A DNA stretch of 36,934 nt. Source: Octopus bimaculoides (taxonomy: Eukaryota). Positions 13,231-23,330 of the stretch are shown here, piece by piece; within the stretch, counting starts at the first letter, position 1, and each line of letters opens with the position of its first letter. The position numbers and the translations under genes were made by a program. The notes below the pieces were generated by a model. That model was not told the DNA's origin. It ran no database searches and was given only the letters and a program-made list of their open reading frames with translations. The stretch covers positions 98,836,525-98,873,458 of the forward strand of contig NC_068987.1 of the NCBI RefSeq assembly GCF_001194135.2, written 5' to 3'.

Positions 13231-14914
13231 GTATGACTAGGATTTATAAATCCAGCATGAATGAAGCAGAAGCAATAACCCTTTCCCTAAATATCTACAT
13301 TTCATAGAGAGATGGGAAATGTGATGAATATTTTAAAATTATATTTCACATTCTGAAACATCCACATTGCTGCTCACATTGTGTACAATTCGACGGTGTT
13401 TGCACACGGTACAACTACTTCAAAGCTCTCTTTATCCCTTTTGTTCATATGACTATCAGGTACACATAGACATCTGATGTAGAAAATGAAACAAAAAATA
13501 AAGAAACAAAAAGAAAAAAAAAACGGAAACAAAACTGTTACGGTTTCTTCAAACCAGCAAGAAGAATAACCTCACAACGTTGATTCCCATTATAATGAAA
13601 TGGTGAGTTCCTGTGTTGTGCCTAGCTCTTAGGAACCTCTTCAATCAATATCCCTACGCAAGGATATATCCGGGCCATTTTCTCTCTCACATTCAACATT
13701 TTCAAGAGAGATCGGAACTATTGTAACAATTGCTTTTATGATGTCTTGAATCTCTGTCTGTCTGTCTTTCCCCCCTCTCTTTCTCTCTCTCTCTATTCTC
13801 AGTGACAACCTACACAGTTTCTGCATCACCAAATCTATTACTATCTTCGCTCTACAAAAGCTGTTTTTGCAGCTGAGTTTAGTAAAGAATTTCTAAGTGC
13901 GTAACTTAGAGCTAAACTGTTAATCTATTGCTAATCTATATACTTTATGCATTTCATGCAACTATCTTTTTTCTGGAATTGGAAATTATTCTTTGATAAA
14001 ACCATCACAGCGTTTGCATAAATTGCTCTAAATAACCTAGCACCATAAAATTCTGTTATGTCCGAAGATTCAGCCTTCAAAATTGTGCACCTTGTAGAGC
14101 CCATCCTATCCATTTCCCTTCCAGCTTCTGTCGATGTTATGTTTCCTCAATCATTAATTTTACGTGTACAAAAGTTGCTGCTGCAGCCTAGATACATCAT
14201 GTCAAACCTCTACTATTTACATGATGACATAACTTAGGAGTAAAGGACAGAAATATAAGTAATGAATAAGTAAACAAAATAGCTATAGTCGTTAAGTAAT
14301 GCATCAACCATGTAATATGTATATACTTCCCATTTGTACACGCTTTCAGAAATTACCTATACGGATAGATATAGGCACATTTATTTATTGCTACAAGGGA
14401 AATTAATAGTGAACATTACTAAAACGTATTACCAAATAGTGCGGTATGAAATATATATTCCCTGGAGCGATCGTCGAGGAAGATTTAAGTTCCATGCAAC
14501 GATGTAAAAGCTTGGGACTCACTGTGAAATAATAGCTGCATTAATTACTTCAACACTCACAAGTGCCAATGCAGCAATGACTTCAAATGAATGATGATGT
14601 TGGTGGTGTGGTAGTTATAGCCAAGTCCATGCTATGCTGCTGATGGGGATGATGATAAAGAAAAATTGAAAAGAGAAAAGGAATTGTCGTTTATGCTGTT
14701 GAGGGCCCGGTGAGACATAATTCAGTAACAGTTGATCAGAGTTCCTCTCATAAAGCATTCGTTCTGTAATATAATATAAATTTTGATTAAGACTGCATTT
14801 TGCAAAAAGCGACTCCATTCTTAAAATGTTGAGAGACAATTTCAGAGATAATTGACTGCTTTATCTAGCAGGGAAAAAAATCAGCTTGTGACTACATTCG
14901 GACTTGCAATAGGT

Positions 14915-14975
14915 GCAGCAAGAAGGGATTAAGTCGATTACATCGACTCCAGTGTGTAAGTGGTACTTATTTAAT
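14915..14975 (-). mobile_element. SINE fragment (3' part of the Deu/Nin-like family)
   Basis: AAGTCGATTACATCGACTCCAGTG....GTGGTACTTATTT matches the reverse complement of AAATAAGTAC...GTCGAT.TAAT seen in other copies (e.g. 17475-17500, 27645-27685). Confidence 0.55.
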
Positions 14976-15007
14976 CCAGCACTACCACTATAACCACCCA
15001 GAACAAC

Positions 15008-15008
15008 A

Positions 15009-15085
<77 letters not shown>

Positions 15086-15090
15086 AGCAG
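15008..15090. repeat. (CTA)n microsatellite
   Basis: Read directly. Confidence 0.95.
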
Positions 15091-15419
15091 CAGCAAGAAG
15101 AACAACAATAATGCTTTGTATTATAAACAGGAGGCCTGAAATTTTTTTGAGGGTAAGGAGCTAATCGGTTGTGTCGCAAAATTATTATTGACTCAACTAT
15201 AGTTCGATTCTTATGGAGATTTACATGAAATTTCATTTGCTATGGTGATTCAGCACAAGGCCTGTTTGCTTGGCGCAACATTGACGGAGAGGAAGGCGCC
15301 AGACACTTTGGTTTCTGGAATGTGGCATGATATGAAGCAGTCGAATACCGGCAGGACAACGGAATGCTGTGTGAAAGAAATAACAACAGCAAAAGCGGAA
15401 ATATTGCAACAACAAAAAC

Positions 15420-15560
15420 ACGACCAACAATACTACCACCATCATCATCATCATCGTCATCGTCGTCGTCGTCATCGTCGTCAGCATTGTCATCATCTTC
15501 ATCATCGTCGTCGTCGTCGTCGTCGTCGTCATCATCATCATCATCATCATCATCATTGCT
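15420..15560. repeat. (CAT/CGT)n compound microsatellite
   Basis: Read directly. Confidence 0.95.
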
Positions 15561-16387
15561 ATATTGCTGTTATTATTTTTGTTATAAATTTCTGAATTTC
15601 TTCCTGTGCGCACATGCTGCAGACTTGGCAGAAAATTATGGATTATTAAGAAGTGTTAAAATATGAAATTTTTTTTCTCTCCCTATTTGAATTATTCTCG
15701 AAAGAGAATGTCGGAAAACGGCGCGTCTACCTCAATAACAAGAATAGAGACGAGATGTGTTTTAGAAACTGCTTTATTTTTTTTGTCGAAATTTTGTTTA
15801 CAATAGTTGTCAATATGGTTTCCTGTTCAAGAGAAGCTGTAAGAGCTAATAACAGGAAAGAGAAAAACTCGATGTCTCTTTAAGAAAGAACGTTGTGTTC
15901 ATCTTTGAACAAGCGAAATCGAATTAAAAGAAATTCTGAGGAAAAATAGCAAGAAAATATTTCACTTTCAAGTACAGTGAGGCATAATTTAATATCCGAA
16001 AAAGCAAATTCGCACGCAATACATAAAAAAATGCAACACACAGGCGTACATACACTTGTTGTCAAACGAAGAAAATTACGGTGAAAATGAGAAAGGGATC
16101 AGATTTAGTTTCTCTATCAGAGAAGGAAATTTCTTGAGAGTACTTTGTGATCATAAAAGGCCATTTGGGAAAAAGAGTAAAGGTTCACTATTGACGCATA
16201 ACCATAACCATCACAAATGAAAAGTCACAATTACACTTGTTTGGGGCATAGATCGTTTATTTCGGTGAAAAAAACCTTTTTGAAAATAAAGACGGACCAA
16301 TGGATGTAGACTGAGTTTGGGGATAACGCACTTGCTTTACACTCCATAAAACGGGACGTTATAACCAGCGATATTGAGTCCGTCGTT

Positions 16388-16574
16388 GGGGCGGCGAGCA
16401 GACTAAACCGTTAGCATACCAGGCAAAATACTTAGCAGTATTTCGTTTGTCTTTACCTTCCGAGTTCGAATTCCACTGATGTCGACTTTGCTTTTTACCC
16501 TTTCGGGTTTGATAAACTAAGCACGACTTACTCCTATCCCCTAAATAGCTGGCTTTGCCCCAAAATATGAAATC
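16388..16574 (+). mobile_element. tRNA-derived SINE with Deu/Nin-like central domain
   Basis: Head GGGGCGGCGAGC...CCGTTAGCA, B-box GAGTTCGAATTCC, then GTCGACTTTGCTTTTTACCCTTTCGGGTTTGATAAA. Homologous to 26947-27125, 27592-27793 and 7500-7696. Confidence 0.85.
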
Positions 16575-16608
16575 AATAAAAAATACACTCGTCACCTTTC
16601 TCTCTCAG

Positions 16609-16687
16609 TACATGTTATGTGCCGTTTAGATGGATCGTATAAACAACTTGCTGGGGCTGTTGCAAAACACGGTGCCCAATTGTCTCC
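16609..16687 (+). CDS. Candidate exon (xHVMCRLDGSYKQLAGAVAKHGAQLSP), phase 1 to 2
   Basis: Strong acceptor CACCTTTCTCTCTCAG and donor CC|GTAAGT, 79 nt, one open frame, GC-richer than its flanks. No homology recognised. Confidence 0.4.
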
Positions 16688-16714
16688 GTAAGTTACAGTT
16701 CAGGTAACAATTAA

Positions 16715-16990
16715 CCTGCTGCAATTTGAAGCTGGCAATAAGGACAAGAATGGGGCTAAAATCCTAAATATCTGAAGGTCTATGGTAAGCACTGATGAAT
16801 GAGAGCACACAGATGAAGCACACAACATGGGGGACAAAAGGCGGAGAGAGAAATTAAAACCTGGATACTTGGATAGTAGTAGAAAAAGGAACATGTCAGT
16901 AGATTGGTTCAGATTCCATTGTAGTAGGAATCGAAAATCAACTGAGAAATGAAGGAACACGTCTGCTGGTTTGAGGTTTGAAACTGAGAG
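16715..16990 (+). mobile_element. Decayed RTE-clade LINE AP-endonuclease fragment
   Basis: Two frames give FEAGNKDKNGAKIL and KHTTWGTKGG...LDTWIVVEK...DSIVVG...RLLV*GLKLR. This matches the RTE endonuclease pattern (G.RN.NG..LL / H..TW..GG....IDYI.V / D..V..G / HRLLV..L.L). Stops and frameshifts are present. Confidence 0.55.
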
Positions 16991-17034
16991 GGTTTTTAGG
17001 TCAATCAGTCAAGTGGACCATATCTGGTTGCAAT

Positions 17035-17215
17035 TTAGAACGTTTATGTGTGGATCAGTCGCACTCTCCTGGAAGTCGGACAATGTTTCATCGTTGAATT
17101 TGCCTTTCATCACCCCAGGAGTGATAACATAATTGACCAGTCAAGTATTGGAAACAATGGGGTAAGACAAGTCATTCCCCTCGAAATTGTTGGCGTTCTG
17201 CCTAAGTGATAAAGC
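17035..17215 (+). mobile_element. Degenerate Deu/Nin-like SINE copy
   Basis: GTTGAATTTGCCTTTCATCACCCCAGGAGTGATAACATAA.TGACCAG...CCCCTCGAAATTGTTGGC. A second short fragment lies at ~17440-17505. Confidence 0.55.
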
Positions 17216-17217
17216 AT

Positions 17218-17255
17218 TTGTTGTTGTTGTCGTCGTTGTTGTTACTGTTGTTGGT

Positions 17256-17297
<42 letters not shown>

Positions 17298-17357
17298 CTT
17301 CTTCTTCTTCTTCTTCTTCTTCATCTTCTTCTTCTTCTTCTTCTTCTTCTTCTTCTT

Positions 17358-17390
<33 letters not shown>

Positions 17391-17405
17391 GTTGTTGTTG
17401 TTGTC
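17218..17405. repeat. Compound (GTT)n-(CTT)n-(GTT)n microsatellite
   Basis: Read directly. Confidence 0.95.
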
Positions 17406-17524
17406 ATCTTTTTTCATCCTCTTTTTCGTTCTTTGTTCAAGGTTGAATTTGCTTTTCAACATTACGGGTTCGATAAAATAAGTACTGGTGTCGATATAAT
17501 TAACTTTAACCTATCCTTAAAAGC

Positions 17525-17908
17525 TGTACCAAAATCTCTTGGAAAGGAAAGTGAAGTGGAGAGGGAAACGCTTGCTCTCTGTGAATTTGTGAAAAGATGG
17601 GTGACTGAAAGTATGCGCGAGTAGGCTGGAGAGCATGTGAGAAGGCTCGTCCCTTTGGTTGTCAGAGTAATCTTAGATCTGTGGGATTCCTTGCATAGTC
17701 TAAGAGTTTCTCCTGTATCAGCAGGACTGCATCGTTCATGTAATCACATACTTTTTATACAATACGTATATATTTTTATCGTATTTCATCGTTTTTTTTT
17801 GTATTTCTTTCTCCCCACACTTTATGTAAATTTCCCCCAACAAATTGTTGTCTGACCTTATAATGTCTGCCTCCTCTATGCTCCTGCGGCTAATAAAAGA
17901 AATAATAA
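17525..17908 (+). mobile_element. 5'-truncated LINE 3' end (ORF2 C-terminus plus 3'UTR), possibly Tx1/L1-like
   Basis: Frameshifted peptide LLERKVK/VERETLALCEFVKRWV resembles L1/Tx1 ORF2 C-termini that end in F..RW. It is followed by a pyrimidine-rich UTR ending GGCTAATAAAAGAAAT(AAT)n, as at 209-238. Confidence 0.45.
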
Positions 17909-17911
17909 TAA

Positions 17912-18355
17912 TTATTATTATTGTTGAGTGAGAGAGCAGTGGATGCCATCAAAGTAACACTGGGGTACAAATATAGGAAGCCAATATACCTATCATGACT
18001 AATCGTTGGATTAGGGCACACAAGACACATTCATCACAACCATATATGCGCGAAGTGTTGATCTCATATCAAGATAAACAGCGCATAACGTTGCAGGTGG
18101 GGACCAGTTAGAATTTTCTTCAGGTCGAGTATCCCATCCTGCTCAAAAGGTCCCTGAATAATAATTGTCTAAGGATGTTGAATGAAAGATACATGTTTCC
18201 AGAGGCGAATTATCCAGACTCCAAAGAATTCCTCTCAGTACATAGCTATGATGCTCCCCCACTAGTCCTGCTCGTGATCAGAGATGCACATATCGTCAGC
18301 CACTAAGCGACATGCTCAACTGGTTAAGGTCAAACAACTGACGAGCAAATCTGTG
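17912..18355 (-). mobile_element. 3' portion of a non-LTR retroelement (LINE 3'UTR or SINE) with (TAA)n tail
   Basis: The minus strand ends ...GCTCTCTCACTCAACAATAATAATAA. The body is complex and GC-richer than its flanks, and resembles a recurrent Octopus repeat (recalled, not searched). Confidence 0.55.
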
Positions 18356-19089
18356 ATATTGTCATTGTTATAATTATTGTTGAATACACTGATGTGTATG
18401 GGAGCAAAACATCAATATCCTCATCATCGTCGTCATCGTTGTCGTTGTCGTGGTTACAGGAATTCTCCCTGTCGTCATAATCGTGGTGATATTCGTCACC
18501 AAAATAGCAAACATTGTGGTTGTTGTCAGAGGCATTAATATCATTGTTGGCTTTGTCCCAGTGTTGAATGCTATGCCTTCCAGTTCGTATGAAAAAACAA
18601 AAACCAAAAAAAAAACGACGCCCCAGGTCTTTATTTAATGAAACTTTGGCCTTATCGTGTGAAAATAGTATTTTGTTTCGTGTCAAAATATGAAGATGGC
18701 AGAATAATGGTGTCAACGAATTTAATGGAAAGCAGACGCAAATGAATTTCTTATATGCACACATATAAGTACAAACAAACATATACACACAAATATGTAT
18801 GTATACATGTGTATATGGATTGATGATGGAAATATACATATATAATTTCTTTCATGTATATGTATACAAGTACACACACACACACACACACACATGTACA
18901 TACATATACCTGCGTGAATATAAACCTATACTTGCATATGTGTATATATATATATATATAAATAAACACATATATATATATATAGAGAGAGAGAGAATTA
19001 AAATGTGTATATATATTTATGTATATATACACACACACATACATATACATATATGTATACGTATTTTTACTTCTCTTTCCCAAAGTCAG

Positions 19090-19165
19090 CAGCAAACTAC
19101 CCAGCTACAATGCCAAACTGACCGTTTATATATATATTTGTAACCACGTTTTTACCTACAAACTC
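19090..19165 (+). CDS. Candidate exon (xSKLPSYNAKLTVYIYICNHVFTYKL), phase 2 to 0
   Basis: Acceptor CTTCTCTTTCCCAAAGTCAG, donor CTC|GTAAGT. It includes a short (TA)n, which weakens the call. Confidence 0.2.
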
Positions 19166-19270
19166 GTAAGTACGTTTCTTTAACTATAAATTATTATATA
19201 CCCAAATAACCACACGTTTATAAACTAACAGTTAAATAACCAGGAAATCACACCAATAAGAAAAAATATA

Positions 19271-19915
19271 GGATCTTTCTGATTTGGCGGACACCATTTT
19301 AATTTTGTTTTTATTTAGTGTGTTTTCTACCGAAACACTTAAAAACTTCGTATACTTGTATATTTTGTTTTATAGAACAGAGAAATCTTTTTATATTCGA
19401 AGTTATTTAATGTTAAAAAATTGTCGTATTTCGGTAATTTGTGGCGGTGTATTGAACAAATTTTCACTAAATTTGGCAAAAATACTCATAACCCTAACCC
19501 TACCCTACCTCTAAAACCCTAACCCTAACCCTAACCCTAACCCTAACCCTAACCCTAAAACCCTAAAGCTAAAACTAGTACAAACGCACGAACGATGTCA
19601 TAGATAACAGTACCGCCGATAGTTGTTGTTGACAAACAACGGCACTAATTTTAGTCAAGGGAAAAGATCCCATTACACTGCCACAACGTGCTGTTGTCAA
19701 TCGACAGCAGTAATTGTTTTCACCTCAATAGACGTCAGTGATTGGTTGAAATTACTGAAATACGACAATCTTAACACGAAATAACTTTAAAAATATAAAC
19801 TTTTCTCAACAACACTAAGAGTAAAAGATGTTTTATATGACACATTCTACCAGTGTCCCAAGGTTGAAAGTTTTTCGTTAGAAAACAAATGGTGTCCGCC
19901 AAATCAGAAGGATCC
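19271..19915. mobile_element. Non-autonomous DNA transposon (MITE/foldback-like) with ~170-bp imperfect TIRs
   Basis: Terminal GGATCTTTCTGATTTGGCGGACACCATTT (19271-19299) is the reverse complement of 19887-19915 with 1 mismatch. Homology continues inward (GTTTTCTA.CGAAA.ACTT...; AAGTTATTT..TGTTAA...ATTGTCGTATTTC.GTAATTT at 19400-19440 vs 19749-19787). No ORF. Confidence 0.9.
19489..19567 (-). repeat. Interstitial telomere-type (TTAGGG)n tract, read as (CCCTAA)n on +
   Basis: About 12 units including a perfect run at ~19517-19558 and degenerate CCCTA/CTCTAAAA/CCCTAAAA units at the edges. It lies inside the TIR element. Confidence 0.95.
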
Positions 19916-20025
19916 AAAATATATATACATATATATACATTTTTTTAATATGTTCAGTTAACCGATGCCTCACACACATAATAAAGAATATATATCTAAA
20001 ACAAAACCAAAAAAAATAAAAAGAC

Positions 20026-21140
20026 ATGGCGATTAACCAGCGGGCTTGCAGCAAACGAAATTGGTCTGATAATGAACTTGAACTTTTAATAAGCACACGG
20101 TTTTCTCTCTCCTAAACAGAAAACATAAACACTTCGTGTCTAAATGAGATTGCCGGAAAACAGCGCACATACTCAGCATGCGATTTGTTAAGCAAATACG
20201 CTGCAAACTAAAACATCGAGGTTTCTTTCAAATTAATTCAGGGCCATTTTGAGAAAATTCGTGGTATTTACTCTTCAAATATTGGTCAAGCACAACAACA
20301 ACAATCAGAAAATCATGAACAGCAAAAACAGCAAAAAGAACAACAACAAATGGAAGAGCCACTCCTAAATTCCAGCATAACAGCTGAAATACTGAACGAT
20401 AGTATCTCTTCACCTCTCTCTCACTCACCACTCCCACAGCAGCCACCACAATTATTATCATCAAAGTCGTCACCACCGCTGCCACCATCACCTTCTACCA
20501 CTCCAACTACTAATAAGAAACCACTGCTTTCTTCCACCACATCGCCAATTCAACCCAACAGTAAATAAATCTATGAAGCAGAATGCGTCCCTAATAACGC
20601 TAATAAGAATTCCCAAAATATGTCGTTATTCGCTACGTCACAGGCTGTGCACATGTAGTGACTGCTTCTTCACGCATCTACCTGACACTAGACGCACAAT
20701 CCAGACAAACACTATCAGTCAAGGCCAAAGCACGCATCCCACAATTACATCAACATCAACGCTACCAAATAGTAAATTGAACGCTAGAACACGCATAACT
20801 TGGAATATCAAAATCTGCCGGTATTCCCAACGCGAGAAGTTGAGTGACTGTCCCTTCACTCATCTTCGAAGGACCCGATGCTCTAATAGAAACAGGGCTC
20901 TACACAAACCAGTGTAAAACACCCCCTGCTGCAGTAATGTTGGTCCAGTCTTTTCACGAAGACACCAAAAAAAACAAAAACAAAAAGAAACAAAGACAAC
21001 AAAATCCACAACAAAAGAAGAGACGACAACCCTGTCCAACAGTGCAACCACGTCTCCAGTCAAAAACTGCTCCCTAGGCAGGAAAATTCTTTTTTAGCCA
21101 TGTTGAACCAGGCAAAAGAGACACAAAAAACTTTTTAGCC
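20026..21140 (+). pseudogene. Decayed ORF (putative LINE ORF1) with Myb-like N-terminus, Q- and S/P-rich linker and two CCCH-type zinc fingers
   Basis: A single frame from ATG 20026 to 20568 has two internal stops (MAINQRACSKRNWSDNELELLIST...QAQQQQ...PSPSTTP). After a frameshift come KICRYSLRHRLCTCSDCFFTH (C-x8-C-x4-C-x3-H, 20615-20677) and KICRYSQREKLSDCPFTH (20810-20863, middle Cys deleted). Confidence 0.6.
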
Positions 21141-21339
21141 ATCACTCAATACCATCTCGTGCTATTACTCCAGTGCACCAACTCCCCACATTGCTGGACA
21201 CTTTCACAAACATATGTACAAAATATAAACATACTCCAAGACCTGTGACAACAACTAAGTGCAGAATTTCCCAAAACAGGAAAAAAACAAACAAACTATT
21301 ATCTGAAAAATAGAAAGAACAAACAAAAAATCAACAAAC

Positions 21340-21770
21340 TAAAATACTGCCAACAGCCACACATATATTCGACGACTATCGCCCTGCTCGAATCAAAAAT
21401 ATATAACCTCCGACAATACATGAAGACCACGATCAACACATCAGAGACTTGGGAGTAATTGTAAACAACATAAGCTGGGCCGCTCATAACAAAGTTGACG
21501 TGACCTGCAGAATGTGTTTCTAAATTCTCAGAACTTTCCGTTCGAGAGATATCCACACCATTATCCTTCTCTTCTCCACTTTTGTCCGAACCCCATCTTC
21601 AATACTGTTGTCCACTGTGGTCTCCCTACACGAAACAAAGTATCATGAAATTTGAAGCACCTCAAAGGTCAATTACAAAAAACTTTAAATGGCATGGCAA
21701 ACCTTGACTATTAGGGTCGACTAGAAAAGCTCAAGCTTTTTTCTTTCAAACGTCGCTATGAGTGCTACAG
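21340..21770 (+). mobile_element. CR1-clade LINE ORF2 C-terminal (post-RT) fragment, decayed
   Basis: Translation across frameshifts: HIRDLGVIVNNISWAAH...ILRTFRSRDIHTIILLFSTFVR/HLQYCCPLWSPYTKQSIMKFEAPQRSITK/LNGMANLDY*GRLEKLKLFSFKRRYE. These are the DLGV, R..LEYC...WSP, QR..TK and Y..RL..L.L.SL..RR motifs of CR1/L2/Jockey-group ORF2. Confidence 0.9.
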
Positions 21771-21784
21771 ACTAAAAGAGATGT

Positions 21785-22100
21785 CGACCCCCTTCGGTCA
21801 TGACTGACCATGCGATGGCACTTAGAAAGTTACCCTCCGAGGCACAAGTTGTTTACGGATGACCAGCAGTCACCCATGCATACCGGTCTCCCCTCTCCAG
21901 TGTTATCCAAGGTAAAGGCAAAGGCCGATACAGCATGGCACCTGTGATATCGCAACTCATTTCTACAGCTGGGTGAACTGGAGCAACGTGAAATAAAGTG
22001 TCTTGCTCAAGAACACAACACGCAACCCGGTCCGGGATTCGAGCTCACAACCTCACGATCGTAAGCTCGACGCTCTAAGCACTGAGCCATGCGCCTTCAC
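21785..22100 (-). mobile_element. tRNA-derived CORE-type SINE (second OR-like family)
   Basis: Minus-strand head GTGAAGGCGCATGGCTCAGTGCTTAGAGC...GAGCTCGAATCCC, then TTCTTGAGCAAGACACTTTATTTCACGTTGCTCCAG shared with the 8597 and 24387 copies, but a different 3' body. Confidence 0.85.
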
Positions 22101-22350
22101 TTGGATACAGATACACACGCATGTATGTACATATATATATGCATACACACACACATATGTATGTATGCATATATATACATAATACATACATATATATACT
22201 TATATATACTTACATATACATATATACATACAACCCTTTTATATACATACATATACACACATATACGCACACTCACACACACACTCACACACACACTCAC
22301 ATACACTCACATACACTCACACACACACATATATATTCACATTTGCATAC
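22100..22350. repeat. (TA)n/(CA)n/(CACT)n mosaic microsatellite
   Basis: Read directly. Confidence 0.9.
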
Positions 22351-22829
22351 ACAGTTAGTAGGACAATATAATTGTTTCTTCATAAGCTCCACATATTGTC
22401 CGTCTACATCTTGCTGCCTGCTTTATACTATAGTTCTCTCATCTTCTAATTCTTCAGAGCAATAATATAAAAAAATAATCTAGTCTTCAGCTCTGTGTCT
22501 TGCATTTCTGAGCAGATGTAAGGTTATTTGTTATCTACTTGAGCTTTGCGGCATCGGGTAATCGCGATGTTGGTGTATTGGGAGTTTTGTTGTCAAACAT
22601 TGTAGTATAAATCTCTAACTCATTTTAAGTTTAGTTTTGTCGTTTGTTAATGCTTTCTGTTGTTTCTTATTTCCCCCGCAGCTGTCTGTTACCGTTTCTC
22701 TGTTTTATATGTAAATATAGTTTTTTCCCCCTTCCTTGAAGGCAGTTAACAATTGTTTAGTGTGTCTTCATAGTTTATAGTATTTGTATTAGTTTTCCGT
22801 ATTCTTTGCGAAAATATTTTTGTTGTCCT

Positions 22830-23330
22830 ATAGTAGTTATTTTACATTAATATTTTACTGAAAATAGACCACCCTGTATTCTTAGGAAATATAATTTGTC
22901 TACACCGAGAATTTTGCTCCATGACAAGATCCAGTCAATGACATTCATACGGATTCGAATACGTCTCAAGTATATTCGAACTGGTAGCAAGTTTTTATTG
23001 GTACACATCATTGCTGAGCCCTTCTAATCCGTATTTTATTACGTCCGCACTGCCAATTAGCGCATCAGTTACGGTACTGGAATATAATAGGAGAGATCTA
23101 GTCTTTCATTGATTGTTCGCAGAGTTATCCTTGCAGTGTTCGATGCTGAAGACTAAATAACCACTCCGAAATGCATGCTTCCATCGATGTGGGTAGAGAG
23201 CGTTTACACCTAGTTGTTTACAGTGACAATTTTTCTCCATGACAAAACGCAGTGAGTAACATTCTTATGGGTTTGAATATGTATTAAACATATTTGAACT
23301 TGTAACAAGTTTATCATTTTTCGGTGCAAC
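22830..23330 (-). pseudogene. Decayed tandem-domain coding relic, possibly cadherin/protocadherin-derived
   Basis: 22896-22995 and 23214-23313 are diverged copies exactly 318 bp apart. The minus-strand frame reads KLVTSSNMFNTYSNP*ECYSLRFVMEKN ... RSGYLVFSIE..KD ... TVTDALIGSADVIKYGL ... KLATSSNILETYSNPYECH*LDLVMEQN, with several stops. Confidence 0.3.

Noticed and set aside
19489-19567. True chromosome end or fusion scar
   Set aside because: Single-orientation short tract with no head-to-head TTAGGG/CCCTAA junction, enclosed within TIRs.
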